The notes under the pieces: generated by a model
What the model saw: the letters and a program-made list of their open reading frames with translations, nothing else
The model's database searches: none
What the model was told of the DNA's origin: nothing
Program-made: the position numbers and the translations under genes
Part shown: positions 35,857-46,085 of the stretch, piece by piece
How positions within the stretch are numbered: the first letter of the stretch is position 1
How the letters are laid out: every line of letters starts with the position of its first letter
IMG/VR virus record: IMGVR_UViG_3300034069_001731
Location: 2,811 to 66,810 of that record
Length of the DNA: 64,000 nucleotides
Direction: 5' to 3' (one strand)
Source of the DNA: a virus

Positions 35857-38150
35857 AGGCAATAGTCCTTGATCCAGGCGCCGTGGAACGGGATCAGCGC
35901 GGAGGTCGTGGTGGCGACCGTGAGCACCTTCCAGGACGACACAGCGGCGCCGAGGTTGAAGAGGTACGTGACCTCCACACCGCCGTCGGGCGTGGTGACC
36001 GTGGTCATGCTCGAGGGGGCGGTCTGCGTTGTGTAGCCAGCCCCGGTCAGGAGCTTCACGCCGGCCGAGTGGTAGGCGGCGTTGAAGCTTTCGTAGCGCT
36101 CGATGACACCGATCGTGGCCGACGGGACCGTCGGGGTGCGCGGCAGCTTCGGCCACACATGGGCGAGAGCCTTGGCGGGCAGCGACACCGTCGCGATCGA
36201 AGCCGAGAGCCCGAGGGCCGGCATCATGTCCGGGGTCCCCGTGAAGGTCGCCCGCAGCGGCACCAGGGCCGGCAGCGTGCCGCCGGCGTTGAGCTGGCTC
36301 ACCGTGGTGGCGTTCAGCGGCACCCAGACGCCGTTCAGCTGGATCTCGTAGATCAGCGAGGTCGAGGTCGGGGCGATCGTCGGAGCCTGGATGTCGATGG
36401 CGGACATGCCGCCGGCGAGCTGCAGGTTCGACAGCTGGATGGACACCGTCGAGTTGGTGAACTGGCAGCCGTAGAACGACATGCACAGGTGCTTGGTGAG
36501 GTCGCCGGACGCGAAGCCCGACGGCGACAGGGCGAAGAACGTCCCCTGCGGGAAGTTGACGCCGTCCGTCGTCGCGATCTGGTGGGCACCGGTCGTGACG
36601 ATGCCGTAGGACACCTTCTGGCCGGCCGAGAGCAGGATCGGCGTGGTCAGCGAGAACACGTTCTCGACGCCGGCCTTGAGGTTGGCGTAGGGCACCGTCA
36701 CGGTCCCGATCACCAGCGAGGGCTCCGGGGTGGCGTTGTCGTTGGCGTCGCAGATGACGAGCGTGATGTCGCCCTGGCTGTCGAGCGAACCGAGGTTGAT
36801 GCCGACGGCATCGATCCACTGGTCCTGGCCGACGAGGACCGACTCGAACATGTGGAAGCCGGGCAGCGTCTGCGGAGCCGAAACCACGGCGCCCCAGTAG
36901 GTCGACGCCACCGTGTCGGTCCAGTATTCCTGGAGCCGGACGTAGAGGTGGGTGTTGTCGATGCCGGCCGCCTGCTGCTGGGCGAGCGTCGCGTTGATGT
37001 CGACCGAGGCCTTGTAGGTCTCGCCGTCGGGCAGCGTGAAGATCGAGGTCAGCGGGTTGTAGGTGCCGGAGCCCCAGAACGCGGAGTTTGAGCACACCGT
37101 GAACGCCGTGCCGTAGCGGGTGCGGGTCGAGGTCGTGGTCTGCTGGGCGTAGTTGACCGTGTTGTAGGTGTAGCTGTTCGCCGACACCGAGCTGGTCTGC
37201 GGGCCCGTCGACTGCCGCTTGTAGCGGGTGTAGGCCGGGAGCAGCGTGCCGCCCTTCACGACGCCATGCGTCTCGAAGGGGTTGAAGAGGTTCAGCACCG
37301 AGGTCTGGATGTTGGCCCAAGGGAACCGGATGCCTTCGGACACGATGCAGTTCGACAGCGGGTTCGCGAGGTCGGAGTTCGACCCGTCGAGCAGGTAGTC
37401 GCAGGAGCTGGCGGCCGACGTCGTCGGGATGCCGACCTTGGCGTCGAGGGTGCCGATGGCGAGCAGCATCTGCGTGATCGTCGCCTGGCTGGTCGTGTTC
37501 GACAGCTTGTTGGCGAGGGCGGCGAGGCCCGACGCGATGGTCGTCACCTCAGGGGCGATCTGCGCCTCGAAGGTTTCGAGCGCGGTGACGCGGACGTCGA
37601 GGGCGTCGTTCGACTGCATCGCGTTCGGCGAGTACATCGTGATCGCGGCGACGCCCGTCGTGGTGAGCAGGATGTCGGCGATCTTGGTGTAGCCGGCCTG
37701 GATCAGCGGGGCCGAGGCGGTCGAGGTCTCGTTGCCGTAGGCGAACGACACGTTGGCGACGCGCAGCGAGGTCAGCGCCACAGCCTGGGGCTGCGACTGG
37801 CCGGTGTCCTGATTGATCAGGAACTCGCGCTCCGTCACGTTGCCCTGCTGGACGGAGCCGAGCAGCAGCACCGACACGATCTTCTGGCCAGCCACCGGCA
37901 GCGTCGCCAGGAAGTCCTGGGTCGTCGGGGCGGTCTGGGCGTACTGAATGCCACCGGAGTAGAGCCGACCGGGCGCCACGGTGACGCCGGTCGTCGAGGT
38001 CTTGGCGACCGTGAAGCCGGCGTACTTCTGGTTGGGAGAGACGGTGTCGCCGACGAGGTCGTCGAAGGTCTGCTTGACGCCGGCCTGGAGGTTGTTGAAG
38101 TCGGCCGGATCGATATCCATGCCGGGGTAGAAGATAACGGTGCTTTCCAT
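35853..38150 (-). CDS. Large baseplate / fibre-attachment protein
   Basis: 765 aa, beta-rich, directly after gpI. Confidence 0.7.
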   Translation of the reverse strand: MESTVIFYPGMDIDPADFNNLQAGVKQTFDDLVGDTVSPNQKYAGFTVAKTSTTGVTVAPGRLYSGGIQYAQTAPTTQDFLATLPVAGQKIVSVLLLGSVQQGNVTEREFLINQDTGQSQPQAVALTSLRVANVSFAYGNETSTASAPLIQAGYTKIADILLTTTGVAAITMYSPNAMQSNDALDVRVTALETFEAQIAPEVTTIASGLAALANKLSNTTSQATITQMLLAIGTLDAKVGIPTTSAASSCDYLLDGSNSDLANPLSNCIVSEGIRFPWANIQTSVLNLFNPFETHGVVKGGTLLPAYTRYKRQSTGPQTSSVSANSYTYNTVNYAQQTTTSTRTRYGTAFTVCSNSAFWGSGTYNPLTSIFTLPDGETYKASVDINATLAQQQAAGIDNTHLYVRLQEYWTDTVASTYWGAVVSAPQTLPGFHMFESVLVGQDQWIDAVGINLGSLDSQGDITLVICDANDNATPEPSLVIGTVTVPYANLKAGVENVFSLTTPILLSAGQKVSYGIVTTGAHQIATTDGVNFPQGTFFALSPSGFASGDLTKHLCMSFYGCQFTNSTVSIQLSNLQLAGGMSAIDIQAPTIAPTSTSLIYEIQLNGVWVPLNATTVSQLNAGGTLPALVPLRATFTGTPDMMPALGLSASIATVSLPAKALAHVWPKLPRTPTVPSATIGVIERYESFNAAYHSAGVKLLTGAGYTTQTAPSSMTTVTTPDGGVEVTYLFNLGAAVSSWKVLTVATTTSALIPFHGAWIKDYCL

Positions 38151-38164
38151 GAAGGAATTCAGTC

Positions 38165-39427
38165 CTACTTGACTTTGATGACCTCGCCCAAGGTAAACGA
38201 GCCAAGAGAAGGCCCGTCGCTCAGCTGAACTGGTCGGTAGATCAGTGTGTCGACAAGGATAGTATCGCGGAGCGACTTGGAGACACTGATCGCGGTCAGC
38301 ACGTCCTGGACGGGCTGCATATCGGCCTTCATCATGAAGCCGGTGTAGAATTTGCCGAAGCGCGACCGAGGCCGCTTCATCGGGACTTCAATGGCAAGTT
38401 CCGCCGTGAACGGGTCGATGCCGAAACGAGCGAAGCCATAGAAGCACTTCGTCTTCTTGCGCAGGTCGAGCAGCGGCTTCGTCGGATCCAGGATCGAAAT
38501 CTGGTCGTAGACGAGGTTGGGGCCGAAGCTGGTCTTCATGAAGCGCTGCCGCTTCGCGCAACCGAGGAAGCTGACGCCGATCGGCGCCGTCCTGGTCTGG
38601 TTGATCCGCAGCGGGGCGACGTCGGTGACCGTGGATCCAGGCGCCACGCTGTACTGCGGGACGCCGCTCGCGCCCGGCTTCAGGTTCACTGCGATGACGT
38701 TGCTCTCGGCATTCGTCGGCTGCATGAAGGCGGTGCCGAAGAACGCCGTGCCGTAGTGGCTGACCGCTTCGGGCGTCGTCGAGATCGTGATGCGCTCCGG
38801 CACGCTGCCGTCGGCCCCGCGCAGCACCTCGTAGGTGGCCGGCGTCTCGACGCCGTTCTCGACGTAGAAGGCCTGGCGCCCCATGAGGTCAAACCCCTGG
38901 GACGTCTGCATGAAGCTGTCGTAGCCGATCGCCGGCTTGTCGTAGAAGGCCTTGGCGGTGCCGGGGCCGCGCGAGAAGAAGGATCGCGCCTTGGGGGCGG
39001 TGCGGCCGGTCAGGAACGGGTAGACCCGGATCTGCGGGAGTCCGTCGAGCCAGGAGAGTCGGGACTGGCCGTCGGCGAAACCGCCGGTGGCGTATGCCCG
39101 CGCCGGCGGCGTGATCGCCCGGACCAGGGTGGCGTCGACCAGCCCGAGGTAGGCTGCGATGCCGGCCTTAGTCCCCTTCATGCGGTGCATGGAGAAGGAT
39201 TCCGCGACGGCCTTGCGCTTCTTCGCCTCCGGCCACTCCGTCTTCCACAGGTCCACCGACATCGACCAGGCGAGGTACGGCAGCAGCGCGAGATCGCAGG
39301 TCCAGGGGTTCCAGAGCCGCCTGATCTCGGAGGTGTCGAGCGCCAGGATCTGCTCGACCTGGTCGGCCAGCGACCGCTCGAAGTCGGTCGCGTTCTTCGG
39401 CAGGATGTTGTCGAGGACACGGGCCAT
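38165..39427 (-). CDS. Baseplate wedge protein I (P2 gpI family) with long C-terminus
   Basis: ILPKNATDFER, LWNPWTC...LLPYLAWSMSVD.W and HRMKGT. Confidence 0.9.
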   Translation of the reverse strand: MARVLDNILPKNATDFERSLADQVEQILALDTSEIRRLWNPWTCDLALLPYLAWSMSVDLWKTEWPEAKKRKAVAESFSMHRMKGTKAGIAAYLGLVDATLVRAITPPARAYATGGFADGQSRLSWLDGLPQIRVYPFLTGRTAPKARSFFSRGPGTAKAFYDKPAIGYDSFMQTSQGFDLMGRQAFYVENGVETPATYEVLRGADGSVPERITISTTPEAVSHYGTAFFGTAFMQPTNAESNVIAVNLKPGASGVPQYSVAPGSTVTDVAPLRINQTRTAPIGVSFLGCAKRQRFMKTSFGPNLVYDQISILDPTKPLLDLRKKTKCFYGFARFGIDPFTAELAIEVPMKRPRSRFGKFYTGFMMKADMQPVQDVLTAISVSKSLRDTILVDTLIYRPVQLSDGPSLGSFTLGEVIKVK

Positions 39428-39430
39428 GGA

Positions 39431-40321
39431 TCAGAACGTCCTGTTGTTGAGGACCTTCACCGAGGCGCCCGTGATGGACACGCAGCCGTCGAGGCCAGGA
39501 ACGAGATCGGTCTTGGGCGAGATCAGCTCGACGCCCTGGACGCCCTCCTGCATCAGCGCCGAATAGATGGCGGAGCGCTCCAGCCCGTAGCCGAGCTTGG
39601 CGACCCGGGCCTGCAGGCTCTTCAGGGCCGCCTGGACCGCCGCGATCACGATGCCCTGGTCGGGACCGGGGTAGAGCGTCAGGTTGGCCTCGATCGTCGT
39701 CGTGATGATCTTGGGCCCGGTGACCGTCAGGGCGTCGGTGAGGACCTTGCGGTTGTCGGCGTTGAGGTAGGTGAGGACGTTGGTGATCTGGCTCGACGTC
39801 GGAGCCGGGGTCGCGATCGAGTTCATGATCGTGACCTTGACCCCGCCCAGCGCGTTGATCTTCATCGCGGACACATCGAAGATCGACGGGTCGGCGGTGC
39901 GGGCGAAGAACCGGTAGGCGCCAGGCGAGCCGGCGGACGAGAAGCTTTCGGGCGACTCGTGGATGCGGATCCGGAAGCGGGTGTCCGACTCCTTGGTGCC
40001 GTCGGCGTTGACGGCGCGGATGACGTTGTAGAAGGCGGCGAGGTTGTCGAGATCGGTGCCGACCGCGAAGGGCAGCATAACGGCGCGGGCGGCGGCATTG
40101 ATGCGCGCCCGGACGATCAGCTCGCCGAAAGCCTCGGTCTCGAGGATGATGTTGAGGGCCGACTGCTCCATGTTCAGCGCGCGGGCCAGAGTCGGCATCG
40201 CAGCGAGGACGCGAGCCTTGTAGCTCGACAGGATGTCCTCGTAGGCGAGCGTCTCGATGACGGCGGGCGGCGGAAGCTGGGAGAAGTCGATGAAGAACGC
40301 GGGATCGTTGTAGTAGGACAT
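39431..40321 (-). CDS. Baseplate protein J
   Basis: LPPP.VIETL.YE.I, A.GTDLDNLAA, ESDTRFR.RI and SSAGSPGAY. Confidence 0.93.
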   Translation of the reverse strand: MSYYNDPAFFIDFSQLPPPAVIETLAYEDILSSYKARVLAAMPTLARALNMEQSALNIILETEAFGELIVRARINAAARAVMLPFAVGTDLDNLAAFYNVIRAVNADGTKESDTRFRIRIHESPESFSSAGSPGAYRFFARTADPSIFDVSAMKINALGGVKVTIMNSIATPAPTSSQITNVLTYLNADNRKVLTDALTVTGPKIITTTIEANLTLYPGPDQGIVIAAVQAALKSLQARVAKLGYGLERSAIYSALMQEGVQGVELISPKTDLVPGLDGCVSITGASVKVLNNRTF

Positions 40322-40365
40322 CCGGCTCAATCGATGCTGGGCAAGCAGCGTCGAGCCTGTATCCC

Positions 40366-40731
40366 TCAGCGAGAGGAATACAGGTTGACCGAAGTGCTCT
40401 TGCTGGTTTGATCAGGGAGGTAGATGCCGTTGACCGTTGCCCGGCAGCTGCCGTCGGCAGCCGGTGTAAAGCTGGTCGTCAGCACCTCATATTCAGGCTC
40501 GTAGTTGTCGATGGCGTTGAACGCGGCGAGGATGCCGAGCGCGAAGGTCGACTGCACCATGGGCTTGTCCATGATGTCGATGAAGTCGCACCCCCACCAT
40601 TCCCGCATGACGCGGGTGTTCAACCGCGTGGTGAGGATCGTCTGGATGGACTGCTCGCAACGCGGCCAGCCCGAGATGAATTCCCCGGTCACGCGGTCGA
40701 CATCGACGATGAGCGAGGCTCTCGTCGACAT
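40366..40731 (-). CDS. Baseplate protein W / gp25-like
   Basis: QSIQTILTT..TRVMR..WG...ID and YEPE. Confidence 0.88.
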   Translation of the reverse strand: MSTRASLIVDVDRVTGEFISGWPRCEQSIQTILTTRLNTRVMREWWGCDFIDIMDKPMVQSTFALGILAAFNAIDNYEPEYEVLTTSFTPAADGSCRATVNGIYLPDQTSKSTSVNLYSSR

Positions 40732-40739
40732 GGTTCGGA

Positions 40740-41111
40740 TCAGCTCTTGGGCGCGTCGGCGGGCTTCGCGTTCGAGGCGGCCTTTGCATCAGCGGCAGCC
40801 TTGGCGTCGGCGGCGGCCTTGGCGTCGGCGGCGGCCTTGGCGTCGGCGGCGGCCTTCGCATCGGCAGCGGCCTTGGCAGCACCAGCGGCGGCGGCCGCGG
40901 CGGCGTCGAGATCGGCCTTCAGCGCGACGCGCTTGCTGAGGACGTGGTACTTGGCCTCCTCGGCGGTCAGCGACAGCACGGTGTCGGCGCTCTGCACGAC
41001 GTGCTGGTAGGCGAACGGCTTCAGCACGACGTAGTCGGCCTTGGCGGGCACAGCGGCCTTGGCGGCAGCGATCTTCGCGGCCCGACGGGCCGACAGGGTG
41101 ATGGCGGGCAT
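40740..41111 (-). CDS. Ala-rich hypothetical protein with AKAAAD repeats
   Basis: High GC3; repeat tract in the C-terminal half. Confidence 0.7.
   Translation of the reverse strand: MPAITLSARRAAKIAAAKAAVPAKADYVVLKPFAYQHVVQSADTVLSLTAEEAKYHVLSKRVALKADLDAAAAAAAGAAKAAADAKAAADAKAAADAKAAADAKAAADAKAASNAKPADAPKS
40779..40875 (-). repeat. 18-bp coding tandem repeat, about 5 copies (AKAAAD); ends approximate
   Basis: GGCGGCCTTGGCGTCGGC units on the + strand. Confidence 0.85.
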
Positions 41112-41152
41112 TGAATTTTCCTGGATGTGGAAGAAGGGATGAGACGGTCGTC

Positions 41153-42808
41153 TCAGGCGCCGTAGCCGCCGAGGCGGTAGGACTTCGTCATGCCCTGGGT
41201 GATGTTCTGCTGGGCGTCGGTCATGCCGCCGAGGCCGGACAGGAAGCCCGAGGCGGCACCGGCGATGCCGGATACCTGGCCGAGCAACCCCTGCACCTTG
41301 CCCTGGGCCGAGGCGCCGGTGAAGATCGGGGCGACCGGGGCCAAGGTGGCGGCCAGGGCGTCCGGATCGATCGCGAAGGCGTCCGACGACAGAGCGGCGG
41401 CATCCGACATCGCGGCGGCGATCAGCACCGACAGGTTCCCGGGGCCGGCGTTGTCGGCGTAGATCGTGGCGAGGTCGTTCATCTTGCTGTTCACCGTGAC
41501 CATGCCGGCCGCGGTCGCCGGGGACAGCGCCGTGATGTCGTTCACAATCCCGGTGACGTCGTCTCCGGATGCGGTGCCGGAGAAGGCAGCCTCGATGGGC
41601 TCGAGAGCCGTCAGCAGCGGCGACAGATCCACGGTGGGCGGCGGCGATGACGCACCGGAGCCATCCGAGGACGACGACGCCGCGGGCGGCACCAGGGTCG
41701 AGGTGATAGTTTGGGCCGACTGCAGGTTCGGTGCGGTGGCGACGGCGGCGTCGCTCGCTCCGGCAAGGCCGGTGATATGCGACAGGGCTCCACCGATCTG
41801 GCCGGAGATGTTGCCGCCGGCGATCGACATCACGGAACCCATGAAGCTGTTTGTGAGCTTCGCTACCGCCTGCTGCAGCGAGAAGGAGACATACTGCTCC
41901 AGCTTGCCGAGAACGCCGTCAGCGGCCTTCTCAAGGCCTTGGGGCTGGTGGTCGAGGAACGGCAGCAGCGCCGCGAGCTGCGGCACCTTCGGCATCGCGA
42001 GGTCGATGATGGACGACATCTGGTCGTGCAGCGCCGCGATGTGATGGGTGTGCTGGGTGACCTCGGCGCGGAGCCCCTGCAGCTGGGCGTTCAGCTCGTG
42101 GGGCAGGTTCCCGCCCCCGGCGGAGCCGCCGGCCGCCGCCTCGGGATCGTTGGTCCCGGTGTTGCGGGTGATCTTGTCCTTGGCGGCTTCCGACACGTTG
42201 GACTGGTCGGTCTTGGTCGTGACGTTCTTCGTCGACAGCGTGTGGTCGTCGGCGGTGTGGACCGTCTTCGAGAACGACTGGGGATCGTCGAGCGAGGGCC
42301 GCGACACCGACCGGCTGTCCGACGTCGCGCTGGTGATCTGGTCGTGCGTCGAGTCGGGCTTCTTGCCCTTGTCGGCGGAAACGCCGGGGTCGTTGTCGGC
42401 CGGCGGCTTCACCTGGATCCGGATCTCGTCCGGGTTGCCCGACGGGCACGGGGTGTCGGGGTTGTTGTGAAAGGCGACGCAGTGGCCCAGCTCGGGCCGG
42501 CCGCCGTGGGTGTGCATCGTCGACCGCTGACCGATGCGCGGCGGGATCACATAGGTGATGGTGCCGTGGCTGTGGGTCGCCCAGGGCAGCCAATCGGACT
42601 GAAAGTTGGGGTCGGTGTCGACGTTCGTGGCGGTCTGGCCTTCGCCGCCGGCCGCGGTCGGCAGTTTGTCGGCGTGGCGCACGTACCAGCGCTTCTTCTC
42701 ATCGTCGAACTTGGTGTCGAAGATGACGCCGTTGTGGGTGGCGTGGTCCTGGGCGGACTCGAGATCCTGGAGGCGGCGCTCGGTGGAATTGATGACGTCG
42801 GAGCGCAT
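41153..42808 (-). CDS. Baseplate assembly/spike protein V-like, with long atypical C-terminus
   Basis: N-terminal OB-fold motifs WLPW and PPRIGQ...GG..ELG; expected position. Confidence 0.7.
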   Translation of the reverse strand: MRSDVINSTERRLQDLESAQDHATHNGVIFDTKFDDEKKRWYVRHADKLPTAAGGEGQTATNVDTDPNFQSDWLPWATHSHGTITYVIPPRIGQRSTMHTHGGRPELGHCVAFHNNPDTPCPSGNPDEIRIQVKPPADNDPGVSADKGKKPDSTHDQITSATSDSRSVSRPSLDDPQSFSKTVHTADDHTLSTKNVTTKTDQSNVSEAAKDKITRNTGTNDPEAAAGGSAGGGNLPHELNAQLQGLRAEVTQHTHHIAALHDQMSSIIDLAMPKVPQLAALLPFLDHQPQGLEKAADGVLGKLEQYVSFSLQQAVAKLTNSFMGSVMSIAGGNISGQIGGALSHITGLAGASDAAVATAPNLQSAQTITSTLVPPAASSSSDGSGASSPPPTVDLSPLLTALEPIEAAFSGTASGDDVTGIVNDITALSPATAAGMVTVNSKMNDLATIYADNAGPGNLSVLIAAAMSDAAALSSDAFAIDPDALAATLAPVAPIFTGASAQGKVQGLLGQVSGIAGAASGFLSGLGGMTDAQQNITQGMTKSYRLGGYGA

Positions 42809-42812
42809 GGGG

Positions 42813-43415
42813 TCAGATCTGCGTGAAGAACTGCAGGTCGGGCGCGATATCGGAGCGCTCCGGGGCTTGCGGCGGCGGACCGATGGCCGCGTTGATGTGG
42901 ACGTTGGGCGGCATCTGCGTGATCAGCTGCCCGGTGGCAGGATCGCTGTAGTACCAGTCGGCGATGGCACGGTTGCCGCCGAAGGTGAGACCGGCGGTCC
43001 ATTCCACGACGCCGAGGGCGACGCCCATGCGCCGCAGCTCCGGCTCGCGCAGGCGCGCCATCCGCATGTTGTTGGGGACCGCGGCGTTGAGGTCGCCGAA
43101 GCGGTTGTAGAAGACGATGTCGGCCACCTTCTCCATGATAGCCCAGAGCGTGGCGTCGGCGTCGCGCGGCGCCGACTGGTCGGCCACGATGACCGACACG
43201 ATCATGTCGAGGCTGGCGTTCTGCTCCCCGGTGGAGTGGGGCAGCATGGGGACGTCGCGCACCGCCACCATGGCGGCGGGGTTCAGGTTCGACCAGGCCT
43301 CGATGTCAGCTTCATCGAAGATGGCGTCGTACCAGTCGACCTGGAGAAGTTCGGGCACGTTGGTCTGGAGGGAGGCGATGACGGAGTCGCGGTAGTTGAC
43401 AACTGCAGACGTCAC
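42813..43415 (-). CDS. Tail terminator/neck protein (Mu gp37-like)
   Basis: Position after the morphogenesis gene; YRDSVIASL and NPAAMVA pattern. Confidence 0.6.
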   Translation of the reverse strand: MTSAVVNYRDSVIASLQTNVPELLQVDWYDAIFDEADIEAWSNLNPAAMVAVRDVPMLPHSTGEQNASLDMIVSVIVADQSAPRDADATLWAIMEKVADIVFYNRFGDLNAAVPNNMRMARLREPELRRMGVALGVVEWTAGLTFGGNRAIADWYYSDPATGQLITQMPPNVHINAAIGPPPQAPERSDIAPDLQFFTQI

Positions 43416-43936
43416 AGTTCACCCTTCTTGATGAAAGCGTTGATTTTCTTGCGGATCATCCGCTTGTTCTCGTCGGAGTAGCCGAGGAACGGCCGAGCCG
43501 GCACGGATTTGCCGGGGATGAAGCCGCTCGTCTCTTCGACGCCGAACTGCATGTACGAGGAGTGCGGCGACCGCGACTTGATCTCGAAGCCCTTGGCCGA
43601 GACGTAGCCGATGTCGATGCCCTTCAGGAGGTCCCCGCTGTCCTGCATGATCGGGAAGTGCATCATCTCGGCGTCCTTGGCGGACATCTTGCCGATGCGG
43701 GCACGGAGCGCGATCGTGGACGGCTTCAGCGGCGCCCAGGGGGTGCCGTCGGGTCCGACCTTGTAGCGGCCGATGCGCTGCTTCACAGCGTTGCGCATAT
43801 AGGTCGCCAGCGCCTTGTTCAGGGGCAGCAGGCCTGACCCACCGGGGCCACCGCCAAGCCGCCCCAGCACCTCGCGCAGGGCGTCCTGGACGTGCTTGGA
43901 CTGGGCGAGGTTCAGCCTGATGCTGACCTGGGGCAT
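43412..43936 (-). CDS. Virion morphogenesis protein (Mu gpG / tail completion S)
   Basis: GPDGTPWAPLKPST, LQ/MQDSGDL, YMQFG and VPARPFLG.S. Confidence 0.88.
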   Translation of the reverse strand: MPQVSIRLNLAQSKHVQDALREVLGRLGGGPGGSGLLPLNKALATYMRNAVKQRIGRYKVGPDGTPWAPLKPSTIALRARIGKMSAKDAEMMHFPIMQDSGDLLKGIDIGYVSAKGFEIKSRSPHSSYMQFGVEETSGFIPGKSVPARPFLGYSDENKRMIRKKINAFIKKGEL

Positions 43937-43945
43937 GAAGCGACC

Positions 43946-44365
43946 TCAGATGCGGTAGGTGCGGATCGAGCGGCCCATGGCCGACTTCTGGGTGTCGGCG
44001 TCGCCGTTGGCCGTGAGGTCCTCGGTCGACAGGCCCAGCGACAGCGTGCCGGCCGCGATCTGCGCCAGCATCTTCAGGGCGTCGTCGTAGCGGAGCCGCA
44101 TCTCGGGGGTACGGGTCGTGGGCCCGAGCGGCATCTTGTAGATCGCGATGTCGACGGCGAGTTCGACGAGGACCGGGGGCACCACGGCGAGCGGCAGCGT
44201 GAAGCGGCCACCGAGGTACATGTCGATGATGGATGAGGCGGAGTCGATGCCGCGCTGCACGACCTTGGGGTCGGACACACCGTCAGCCTTGGGGCTCGAG
44301 ATGCGGTTGAACTGCAGCTGGCCGTAGGTGTCGATGATGTCCTGCGCCTCGATATAGGCGCTCAC
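43946..44365 (-). CDS. Head-tail adaptor (Mu gp36/DUF1320)
   Basis: ASSIID.YL..RF.LPL..VP..L...A.DIA.Y; RYDDALKML..IAAG..SLG. Confidence 0.9.
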   Translation of the reverse strand: MSAYIEAQDIIDTYGQLQFNRISSPKADGVSDPKVVQRGIDSASSIIDMYLGGRFTLPLAVVPPVLVELAVDIAIYKMPLGPTTRTPEMRLRYDDALKMLAQIAAGTLSLGLSTEDLTANGDADTQKSAMGRSIRTYRI

Positions 44366-44739
44366 GCCGAGGCCTTGCGGCGACCCTTGGGCGCCTTGGC
44401 GGGTTCGAGTTCGGCGAGGGCGTCCTCGGTCGAGGTCGCGGCGTCGGCGTCGATGTTGGCCGGGAGGACGGGCGCGGCGGGAGCGGCGGGCTCGACCGGG
44501 GCGACGACGACGGGGGCGGCGACCGGGGGCGGCGCGGCGTCCGGAGTGGGGTGGGAGCCACCCTCGAGCAGGGCCTCGAACCCGGTGATATCGGACTTCG
44601 GGAGCGCGTCGGGGATCGGGAGACCGAGGAACAGGGCGTTGCGCTGCGCCTCGATGAGGCGGCGTTCCGGCGTCTTGACGCCGCGCATCTTGGCGAGCGC
44701 CTGGCGCTGCTTCCAGCCGCGGGTATTGGGAGCGTTCAT
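44362..44739 (-). CDS. Hypothetical protein (Pro/Ala-rich)
   Basis: Co-oriented; GTGA overlap. Confidence 0.6.
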   Translation of the reverse strand: MNAPNTRGWKQRQALAKMRGVKTPERRLIEAQRNALFLGLPIPDALPKSDITGFEALLEGGSHPTPDAAPPPVAAPVVVAPVEPAAPAAPVLPANIDADAATSTEDALAELEPAKAPKGRRKASA

Positions 44740-44780
44740 GGGATCACCGTGGGATGCCCGCGCGCGGCGGGCATCTCAGT

Positions 44781-45035
44781 TCAGGAGGCGGAGGGGGCAG
44801 CGCCGAGCGCGACCTGCTTGAAGGAGGTCCCGTCGCTGTAGGCGAGGCAGGGCTGGCCGGCGGCGCCGTTCGACACCTGCACGAACTGCCCCTTGACGGT
44901 GGCGGCGGCGGGCAGTGTCGCGACGGTGTAGACCTTGAGGCCGGCATTGAGCTGGCCGACGAGATCGGCGAACAGCGCGTTGATGGCGGCGGAGCCATTC
45001 TTGCCGACGGCAAGGGTCTTTGCGAAGATGGTCAT
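44781..45035 (-). CDS. Small head-associated (decoration-like) protein
   Basis: YTVATLPAAA...G..V.VSNG....CLAYSDG..F; follows the capsid gene. Confidence 0.6.
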   Translation of the reverse strand: MTIFAKTLAVGKNGSAAINALFADLVGQLNAGLKVYTVATLPAAATVKGQFVQVSNGAAGQPCLAYSDGTSFKQVALGAAPSAS

Positions 45036-45098
45036 GGTCGATCCTTATCTTTCATGCAACCCGAGACGAACCCGGGTTGCACGAATTCGTGAAAAGCC

Positions 45099-46064
45099 TC
45101 AGGCGTTCTTGTGCTTGAAGGCCACGATCTTGATGAGCTTCGGATCGTACACGCGCTGCCAGTTGGCGGGGTTCGCCAGCTCCGCGTTCGAGGCCGTCGG
45201 GCCGGCCGGGGTGCCGACCCACTTGATGCCGCGAATGTGGAGCGCGAACTTGCGCCGGTTGATGATGGCCGTGTAGCCGCCGGCCTTCAGCGGGTCGCGC
45301 CAGGGCTCGACCGGGGTCGGCACGGCACCTTCGGCGTAGCCCACGGCGCCCGGACCGAACAGGTAGGACGTGTAGTTGCCGCTGCCGTCGACCGGCATGA
45401 CGTCGTTCACGATGACGCGCTTGCCCATGTAGAACGGGATCGGGTCACCACCCTCGGACGGGGGGATGAAGTCGATGAGGTCCTGCTCCTCCATGAGGCG
45501 CATCGTGTCCGAGTGGACGGCGACGCAGGACAGATCGGACGCGCGGTCACCGAGGCGGTACTTCGCCTGGATGAAGGCCTGGCCGTCGAACACACCGGCG
45601 CCGTTCGCGAGGCCCGTGATGTCGTAGACGTTCTGCGACATGGACGGGGAGCCCATGGTGCCGGCGGTCAGCGACAGGAGGACCTTCTGCATCTGGCGGC
45701 CCCAGTAGGCGCCGAGACGGCCGATGATCACCGGCATCGGATCGGCACCCGACAGGTCGGCGGCGAGATCGGTGCCGCCGTAGGCCTTCACGCGCTCCAG
45801 GATCGTGGACACGTCCTGGCCGGTGCCGACCTTGTCGACGATGATGTCCGTCTCGTCGATGATGGCCTCATCGTTCGCGAGATCGTTGAAGAACGGCATG
45901 TTGACCGTGGTGCCACCCATCTGGGGCATCAGCTGGTCGGTCATGTCCGTGAGGATGCCGGAGGTCCAGAAGCTGGTCTGGACCGTCGACTCCTTGACGA
46001 TGTAGCCCTTCCAGACGTCCGGGATGATCATATCCGAGAGCTGGGTAAAAGTCTGCTGCGACAT
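45099..46064 (-). CDS. Major capsid protein
   Basis: TQLSDMIIP, SFWTSGI, G.TVNMPFFNDL, DLAADLSG.DPM; follows the scaffold gene. Confidence 0.88.
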   Translation of the reverse strand: MSQQTFTQLSDMIIPDVWKGYIVKESTVQTSFWTSGILTDMTDQLMPQMGGTTVNMPFFNDLANDEAIIDETDIIVDKVGTGQDVSTILERVKAYGGTDLAADLSGADPMPVIIGRLGAYWGRQMQKVLLSLTAGTMGSPSMSQNVYDITGLANGAGVFDGQAFIQAKYRLGDRASDLSCVAVHSDTMRLMEEQDLIDFIPPSEGGDPIPFYMGKRVIVNDVMPVDGSGNYTSYLFGPGAVGYAEGAVPTPVEPWRDPLKAGGYTAIINRRKFALHIRGIKWVGTPAGPTASNAELANPANWQRVYDPKLIKIVAFKHKNA

Positions 46065-46085
46065 TGATTTCCTTAGGGGTCCTTA

